Shown piece by piece: positions 58,024 through 64,000 of a DNA stretch of 64,000 nt. Under the pieces are notes generated by a model that saw nothing but the letters and a program-made list of their open reading frames with translations, ran no database searches and was not told the origin of the DNA. Origin of the DNA: Candidatus Micrarchaeota archaeon (GTDB taxonomy: Archaea > Iainarchaeota > Iainarchaeia > Iainarchaeales > JAGVWC01); contig JAZDJR010000029.1 of the NCBI GenBank assembly GCA_043803815.1, positions 11,632-75,631 on the forward strand. Direction: 5' to 3'. The first letter of the stretch is position 1; every line of letters starts with the position of its first letter. A program made the translations under genes and the position numbers.

Positions 58024-58236
58024 TCAGTTCCCCTTTTTTGCAACCAGCGAACCGAGCAGGTAGCCAAATAACGCAAAAAGTGCAAAAGAAATAACTAAAA
58101 TAGATAATGCCTTTAGCGCGTAATCGGAAGGCGGTCCTAATAGCATTAACAATTCGTTCAATATTCCAAATATTCCTCCGACAACCAGTCCGTATAACGC
58201 GAATTTTTTATTAGTTTCATTAAGTTTGAAATTCAT
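58024..58236 (-). CDS. Small two-TM membrane protein inside the por operon
   Basis: 70 aa; 2- and 4-bp gaps to neighbours. Confidence 0.7.
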   Translation of the reverse strand: MNFKLNETNKKFALYGLVVGGIFGILNELLMLLGPPSDYALKALSILVISFALFALFGYLLGSLVAKKGN

Positions 58237-58240
58237 CTTT

Positions 58241-58495
58241 TCACCTTTTTTCTGCTTCTCGTTCCATCTTGATGCATTTTACGGGGCATTCGACCGCGCA
58301 AATCCCGCAGCCCTTGCAATAATCCAAATCAATAACCGGAATTTCTTTTGGGGTTCCCATGATTCCTTCGGGGCAAAAATTTTGGCAGATTCCGCATTTA
58401 ATGCATTCTTTAGCATCCACTTTAGGCTTGTCAACACTCCATTTTCCGGTCTTGTTGACAACGGTTGTTCCCGGCTTTGCAATCGCGAATTTCAT
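58241..58495 (-). CDS. porD: Pyruvate:ferredoxin oxidoreductase delta subunit
   Basis: KTGKW..KP, CIKCGICQNFCP, DLDYCKGCGICAVECP. Confidence 0.93.
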   Translation of the reverse strand: MKFAIAKPGTTVVNKTGKWSVDKPKVDAKECIKCGICQNFCPEGIMGTPKEIPVIDLDYCKGCGICAVECPVKCIKMEREAEKR

Positions 58496-59037
58496 TTTTT
58501 TTCACCGCTTGTTTTTTCAAAGCATTCCTGAACGGCTAAAATGTTTTGGGACGCGATTGTTGAGGGAAAGCGGCTTGAAATCGCTTTTTTAATGCTCTCG
58601 ATTTTTACGATTCCGGTTATTTTGCACAACGCCCCGAGCATTACGGTGTTGGTAATCGGTTTTTTTAGATATTTAACCGCGATTTGAGTTCCATCCACGA
58701 TGAAAACAAAATTGCTCTGCAGATTCAATTCTTTTTTAGGCTGATTTGAGTTCACAATCAGTTTTCCGGTTTTTTTCAGCCCAGCTTCGACTGAAACTTC
58801 CTGCAAAACCGACGGCTCGGCAACTACTATGATATCCGGCTCGTTTATTTCCTCATGAATCGCAATCGGCTTGGAATCGATTCGGCAATAACTGGTAACC
58901 GGCGGCCCGCGTTTTTCCGAGCCGAAAAAAGGCATGGCCTGGCTAAATTTTCCTTCCAAAGCCGCGGCTTCGGCCAAAAGTTCGGCAGCGGTAACGATTC
59001 CCTGTCCCGCCCGTCCATGAAAACGAATTTCAATCAT
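58492..59037 (-). CDS. porC: Pyruvate:ferredoxin oxidoreductase gamma subunit
   Basis: MIEIRFHGRAGQG, FGSEKRG.PV, NTVMLGA; start at ATG 59037. Confidence 0.93.
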   Translation of the reverse strand: MIEIRFHGRAGQGIVTAAELLAEAAALEGKFSQAMPFFGSEKRGPPVTSYCRIDSKPIAIHEEINEPDIIVVAEPSVLQEVSVEAGLKKTGKLIVNSNQPKKELNLQSNFVFIVDGTQIAVKYLKKPITNTVMLGALCKITGIVKIESIKKAISSRFPSTIASQNILAVQECFEKTSGEKK

Positions 59038-59058
59038 TGCATTTCCTCTTGGAACTTT

Positions 59059-59170
59059 CTTTTTCTCGAGCTTTTTTGCACGACGCAAAAAAGGCTGCTG
59101 GAAGCATTTTTTTTCCCAGGCTTTTTTCCGCAGAAAAAAGGCTGCGGCCATGAAAACGAATTTCTAGCAT
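59059..59170 (-). repeat. Two hairpin-repeat copies preceded by a duplicated porC 5' end
   Basis: 59144-59170 reads MLEIRFHGR, 23/27 nt identical to 59011-59037; repeats at 59107-59144 and 59059-59097. Confidence 0.85.
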
Positions 59171-59252
59171 AATTTTATTTAATCTTAAAAATTTTACAGT
59201 GCAATTCTCACTGCAATTCTATGACCATTGCCAAAAGCACTATTTAAACATA

Positions 59253-59266
59253 TTGACAATTGTCAA
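59253..59266. promoter_or_regulatory. Perfect 14-bp palindrome upstream of the por operon
   Basis: TTGACAATTGTCAA next to a TTTAAATA TATA-like box on the minus strand. Confidence 0.55.
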
Positions 59267-59303
59267 AGGAAATGACGGCGATTAACGTAAACCTGTTTTT
59301 GGG

Positions 59304-60503
59304 TTAATTTCCGAACCGGATGGCGTCTACGGGGTCCAATTCGGCTGCGGTTTTGGCGGGCAAAATGCCGGACAATAATCCGACCAGCATGGAAAAGCCG
59401 ACGGCAAATAAAATCGTGGCCAAAGATACCGTGACGGGCAATTCGAATCCTGCCAAAGTTGCTATGATAGATGCCAATTTTGCCAATCCGATTCCAAGAA
59501 CGGTTCCGATGACTCCGCCGACTAATCCCAAAAGGATTGCTTCGGTAATGAAAATGGAAAGAATTCTGGAATCGGTTGCGCCAATCGCTTTCATGATTCC
59601 GATTTCTTTGGTGCGCTCCGACACCGACATAAACATGGTGTTCATGATTCCTACCGCGCCGACCAAAAGCGAAATCAGGGCAATGCCGACCAAAACGACC
59701 TGAACAAGGCCGATGACGCTTCCCGCGGTTTCGCCGACCTGCTTTGCGCTTAACACCTGAAAATCTTCCTTGCTATGGCTGCGTTTTAAAATGCGCGAAA
59801 TGCGGTCTTTGGCGTCATCCAATCCGACGCCGGGAAATAATTTGACAAAAACCCGGTTGGGCAATACTTTTTGGCCGGTAACGGTTTCCAATGTTCCGAT
59901 GTTCATGATAACCGCTTCATCAAACATGCCGCCGACAAACGTGTTCGCGGATTCTTTGGTGGTTCCGACCACCTTGAGTTTTTTTCCGTTGACTCCAAGC
60001 GAACTGGTCACATGAATAGGCCGCTTGAATTTTTCTTCGGAAAGTTTCGGTCCGATCATAATGCCGGTTTTATCCTGACTGTTCAAATAGCGCCCTTCTC
60101 CGAGAGAAACGATTCCCGAACCGCCCAGTTTGAGCATCTTGTCGGCATCCAGACCGATAGCCATAATGGTTTTTTTTTCGCCCTTAAATTCCACAAAAAC
60201 CGTTTGGATAGCCAGTTCCGCGGCAAAGTCGACTCCGCGGACGCTTTGAATCGTTGCAACATCGCCGCTTTGAAGCTTGACAAAAGCGGAATCCGTAAAG
60301 TTTTTTCCCGGCAAAACAATCAAGGTGTCGGTTCCGAGCGATTCAAACTGGCTTTGCACCGAACTGGTCAATCCTTCGCCAAGCGAAATCAGCGCAATGA
60401 TGGCGGTAATTCCCAAAACAATTCCCAACACCGTCAGGTTGCTGCGAAATCCCTGCCCCCGAAGATTTCGAACCGCGGTTTTGATGGTTTCCAAATCAAA
60501 CAT
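59304..60503 (-). CDS. MacB/FtsX-family ABC transporter permease
   Basis: RSNLTVLGIVLG, GIMNTMFMSVSERTKEIGIMKAIGA, LDPVDAIR. Confidence 0.92.
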   Translation of the reverse strand: MFDLETIKTAVRNLRGQGFRSNLTVLGIVLGITAIIALISLGEGLTSSVQSQFESLGTDTLIVLPGKNFTDSAFVKLQSGDVATIQSVRGVDFAAELAIQTVFVEFKGEKKTIMAIGLDADKMLKLGGSGIVSLGEGRYLNSQDKTGIMIGPKLSEEKFKRPIHVTSSLGVNGKKLKVVGTTKESANTFVGGMFDEAVIMNIGTLETVTGQKVLPNRVFVKLFPGVGLDDAKDRISRILKRSHSKEDFQVLSAKQVGETAGSVIGLVQVVLVGIALISLLVGAVGIMNTMFMSVSERTKEIGIMKAIGATDSRILSIFITEAILLGLVGGVIGTVLGIGLAKLASIIATLAGFELPVTVSLATILFAVGFSMLVGLLSGILPAKTAAELDPVDAIRFGN

Positions 60504-60507
60504 ACAA

Positions 60508-61773
60508 TCACTCGTACCGAATCGCTTCAACGGGGTCCAATCCGATTGCTTTTTCCGCGGGAGCAACTCCCGACACGACCCCTAAAATAAACGAAAACAA
60601 CACCGCTCCTATCAATAAAACCGGATTAAGGACAAACGCCAGTTCAAATCCCGCATTGGCCGCCAATCGGGTTACAATCCAGGCCAAAATAACGCCGAAC
60701 CCCGTTCCAATCGCCCCTCCAATGGCTCCGACAATGCCGGCTTCCGCCAAAAAAATGCTGCGAATCAATTCGTCGGTCGCGCCGATGGCTTTCATCGTCC
60801 CGATTTCGCGGGTCCTTTCGGTAACCGCCATAAACATGGTATTCATGATGCCGATTCCGCCCACCAAAAGCGCAATCGCCGTAATCGCGACCACAAAAAT
60901 CTGAATCACGCCCAAGACCTGCACCGCGCTGGTCAGAAGGCCTTCCGTGGTAAAAACCGTAAAATTCTTTTCGCCGTGATCGCGTTCCAAATCCTGCTCG
61001 ATTTTTCTGGCAACCTCGCTTACATGCTCTTTTCCCGTCACTTTAACCGCAAATTCCGCCGGGTCTTTTTCACCCAAAAAATCCTTGACGACATTCTGGC
61101 TGGTGTAACCCATATTGAAAAAACCGAACGTGCCAAAACCCATGTCGGATTGCTTGGAAATGCCCACAATCTTGAATTTTTTCCCGTTGATTTCAACGCT
61201 TTGCCGCAATTTTAAATCGCTTGAAAATGCGTCCGTCAAAAAATTGTCATACACCACAAGCGCGTACTGGTCGTTGTCCGTCAAAAATCGCCCCTGGGAC
61301 AGGTCCAAAAACCCGATTTCTTCCATGTACTCGAAATCCTCGGGCAGTAACCCCATAACCATCAGGCTTATTTCCTCGTTTCCTTTTTTGGCAATCACGC
61401 TGGTTTCATAAAAAGGAATGACTTTTTCAACAAACGGAATGCGTTCGATGATTTTCTGGTCGTTTTCGGAAAGCTTGGAAAACATGGTTGCCGACATGGT
61501 TCCGCCGGGCTCGACAAAAATATTGTTCAGTCCGAGCCCCTCAAAGGATTGCTGTATCGAGGCATTCAATCCTTCACCCACCATAAATAAAGTGACAATC
61601 GCCGCAATGCCGATGACGATTCCTAACAAGGTCAGATTGCGGCGCAAGGCCTGGTTTTCAAGGTTTCGAAAAGCAACCGCCGCGATTTCCGGATTGGTAA
61701 TCACATGGAAAAAAGTCCGCAACACCAAAAAAATCAGGCGAAACGGATATGACACCTTGGAAACCAAAGACAC
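60508..61773 (-). CDS. MacB/FtsX-family ABC transporter permease (tandem paralogue)
   Basis: LTLLGIVIG, GIMNTMFMAVTERTREIG, LDPVEAIRYE; start uncertain. Confidence 0.92.
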   Translation of the reverse strand: MSLVSKVSYPFRLIFLVLRTFFHVITNPEIAAVAFRNLENQALRRNLTLLGIVIGIAAIVTLFMVGEGLNASIQQSFEGLGLNNIFVEPGGTMSATMFSKLSENDQKIIERIPFVEKVIPFYETSVIAKKGNEEISLMVMGLLPEDFEYMEEIGFLDLSQGRFLTDNDQYALVVYDNFLTDAFSSDLKLRQSVEINGKKFKIVGISKQSDMGFGTFGFFNMGYTSQNVVKDFLGEKDPAEFAVKVTGKEHVSEVARKIEQDLERDHGEKNFTVFTTEGLLTSAVQVLGVIQIFVVAITAIALLVGGIGIMNTMFMAVTERTREIGTMKAIGATDELIRSIFLAEAGIVGAIGGAIGTGFGVILAWIVTRLAANAGFELAFVLNPVLLIGAVLFSFILGVVSGVAPAEKAIGLDPVEAIRYE

Positions 61774-62076
61774 GAATTATCCCTCTGTTGCTTGAAAATA
61801 ACACCGCAAACTATTAAGGAATAGCGTTTCATTGGCAACCATATTTTTATGGAAAAAAACGCGGATAAAAAGCAAAGCAAAAAATTTCACCACTGTTTCA
61901 AATCTGGACTGAAAAGGCTTCAGAATAACCGTCCAAAAACGGATAACCGAACAGTTTTTCGGACAATCCCAGCCCCCTTTACCCGGCAAAGGCCAGCACT
62001 CCAGAATATAGGTGTTACGATTTTTGTATCGCTTTTGGCATAAAGTTATACTGTTTTAGTATCACTTTAGAAAGGT

Positions 62077-62146
62077 TTATTTGCTTTCCAAGAAAACTTT
62101 GTTTCGCGGCTTTTTGCATTACGGCAAAAACCCGGGAAAAACTTCG
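62077..62146. repeat. Recoded duplicate of the aminopeptidase 3' end plus hairpin repeat
   Basis: 62077-62100 encodes KVFLESK* on the minus strand, as does 62147-62170; repeat cggctttttgcattacggcaaaaacccgggaaaaac at 62107-62142. Confidence 0.85.
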
Positions 62147-63568
62147 CTATTTACTCTCCAAAAAAACCTTATATGCTTTTTTGGCCTGGTACAAATCGAC
62201 TTTGGAAACGAGTTCGAACGGCGAATGCATGGCCAGTACGGGCGGCCCGATGTCCACGATTTCGCAGCCGTATTTGGCAAAGTATTTGGCGACCGTTCCG
62301 CCCCCGCCTTCGTCGACTTTTCCAAGTTCGCCGGTTTGCCAGACCACATTATTGTCGTTGAACAGTTTTCGGATAAAAGCCATGAACTCCGCATTGGCGT
62401 CGGAGCCGTCGTATTTTCCCCCGACACCCGTGGATTTGGAAACCGAAACGCCAAAACCCGTCACGTTGGAATTTTGGATGTCGAAAAATTCCAGGTATTT
62501 GGGGTCAATGGAAGCGTCCACGTCCGCGGAAATCGCGTATGATTCCGCCAGTACATCCATCGCCGATTTGGAGCATTTGGTTTTTTTTGCGAGTTCTTCG
62601 ATTACGCGCTCCAAAAAAAACGATTCCGAACCCGTGGCACCCGTGCTTCCAACTTCTTCCTTGTCCATCCAAAGAACCATAATCGTGTGTTCGGGAATTC
62701 CCTTGACATCCAAAATCGCGGATAACGCGGCAAACGAACCGGCACGGTCATCGTGGCCATACGCGCCGATCAGCCCCTCGTCAAAGCCCACGTCGCGCGC
62801 CTTGACGGACGGAACCAATTGCAGTTCCGCGGAAAAAAAATCTTCTTCAATCATGCCGTATTTTTCGTTCAATAATTTGAGCAGGTTCAGCTTGATTTTT
62901 TCCGTCGCGTCTTTTTCCGCAAACGGAATGGACGCGGCTACGGCGTCCAATTGTTCGCCGGTCACGGCATCCGCTATTTTTTTTTCGGCAAAAACCTTGT
63001 AGCCCACGTGCGGCAACAGGTCCGGAATGCAAAAAACGGGTTCCCCGCTTTTTTCGCCCAGATTGATTTCGAGTTTTTTTCCGTTTTTCAAAAATACGAC
63101 GCCGTGCAAAGCCAAAGGCTCGTTGACCCAATGATATTTTTTGATTCCGCCGTAATAATGCGTATTAAGCATGACCAATCCGCTGTTTTCGTACAGCGGA
63201 TTGATTTTGAGGTCCAAATGGCACGCATCAACGTGGCTAATCACCAGGCGCATCCCGTTTTCCAAGGCGTGCTTTCCCAGTACGATAAAACCGATGTTTT
63301 TGCCTTTGTTTTGCACCCAAAAATTCGAGCCGGCTTTTAGATTCGACTGTTCCATTCCAATAAATCCTTTTTTTTCGGCTTGGCGTTTTCCGAATTCCAC
63401 GATTTCGCGTTCGGTTTTGTAATTCGACAAAAATTCCTTGTATTCGCCGGCGAATTCAAAAACGCGGTCGTGTTCGCCTTTTTCAAGTTTTTCCCACGCG
63501 CTTTCGCTTTTTAACGCGAGTTTTTCCTTTAAGATTTCGGATTCTTTTTTTTCTTTTTTTTCAGCCAA
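62147..63568 (-). CDS. M18-family aminopeptidase
   Basis: SHVD, HYYGGIK, HDDR, DKEEVGS, SADV, MHSPFE; TTG start at 63568 is inferred. Confidence 0.92.
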   Translation of the reverse strand: MAEKKEKKESEILKEKLALKSESAWEKLEKGEHDRVFEFAGEYKEFLSNYKTEREIVEFGKRQAEKKGFIGMEQSNLKAGSNFWVQNKGKNIGFIVLGKHALENGMRLVISHVDACHLDLKINPLYENSGLVMLNTHYYGGIKKYHWVNEPLALHGVVFLKNGKKLEINLGEKSGEPVFCIPDLLPHVGYKVFAEKKIADAVTGEQLDAVAASIPFAEKDATEKIKLNLLKLLNEKYGMIEEDFFSAELQLVPSVKARDVGFDEGLIGAYGHDDRAGSFAALSAILDVKGIPEHTIMVLWMDKEEVGSTGATGSESFFLERVIEELAKKTKCSKSAMDVLAESYAISADVDASIDPKYLEFFDIQNSNVTGFGVSVSKSTGVGGKYDGSDANAEFMAFIRKLFNDNNVVWQTGELGKVDEGGGGTVAKYFAKYGCEIVDIGPPVLAMHSPFELVSKVDLYQAKKAYKVFLESK

Positions 63569-63913
63569 ACCAACCAACCCCAAAAAACGCCTTTTTTGAA
63601 CAATCAAAAACCACCGGTTTTTGACGTAGCGAATTCCCAATTATTCATCTTTCAAAACAGGGGATTCGCTTGATTAAAAAGACCAAAGCTTTTTTAAAAA
63701 CCAAACCCCTATTTTAAGCGAAAAACAGGTGAAAAAATGCGTTTTAGCGCCGAAAAAAAGGATTGGAGCCAGTTCAAAGGCAATGCCTTCCCAAAGGCGC
63801 AAGCGGAATCGGAGTGCGATTATCGGTTGAATATTTAAAATCGATTTAGGGATAAAAATTGCTGTGTTGCATGATTCTGAAGTTTTTCGGGTTTTCTGAA
63901 AAACCCGGTGCAG

Positions 63914-64000
63914 TTATGCGTTTTCTCCGTATCTTTTGACTTTTTGGTACGCCCAGAACTTGATGGCTGCCTCTTGCGTCATGCCTAACTCACTAGTGGC
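63914..64000 (-). CDS. Possible C-terminal fragment of a gene running off the window
   Basis: Open frame ..ATSELGMTQEAAIKFWAYQKVKRYGENA*. Confidence 0.4.
   Translation of the reverse strand, partial: ATSELGMTQEAAIKFWAYQKVKRYGENA

Noticed and set aside
59038-59151. N-terminal extension of PorC in the ORF track
   Set aside because: It is translated repeat sequence; the family-typical start MIEIRFHGR is at 59037.
41-63422. Many antisense or overlapping ORFs in the track (e.g. 949-1710, 59871-60590, 62181-63002)
   Set aside because: They are shadows of well-supported genes and have no motifs of their own.
63728-63925. Repeated atgcgtttt with a nearby hairpin at the window end
   Set aside because: Only 9 bp match, and the context is cut off by the window edge.
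1-64000. CRISPR array or cas genes, prompted by the CARF protein
   Set aside because: No regularly spaced repeat-spacer array or cas motifs were seen.

Overview
This is an archaeal chromosome segment. All three tRNAs carry 37/38 introns, and the gene content suggests a DPANN lineage, possibly Iainarchaeota/Diapherotrites-like (inference). The housekeeping flanks hold alaS, a RelA/SpoT homologue, argS, tRNA-Arg, tRNA-Ser, a radical SAM enzyme, a cysteine synthase-like enzyme, the por operon, ABC permeases and an M18 aminopeptidase. Between them lies a ~29.8 kb integrative element (17771-47570) in tRNA-Leu(GAG), bounded by an 18-bp att repeat. It encodes a tyrosine integrase, a minimal VirB2/VirB6/PrgI/VirB4 module, ArdC, an MmeI-like type IIL R-M enzyme and two divergent candidate defence operons: CARF-HTH/GHKL/nuclease/UvrD-nuclease/Mre11/Rad50, and Hjc-like/hydrolase/two Gly2 proteins/QueC-like. 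A ~2.2 kb older element with the same end sits in tandem (15547-17788). The most unusual signal lies outside the element. Short duplications of gene termini recur at the argS 3' end, aminopeptidase 3' end (synonymously recoded), porC 5' end and tRNA-Ser 5' end. Three of these flank a ~35-bp hairpin repeat that also forms the core of two tRNA introns. All product calls come from motif reading only; no database searches were run.
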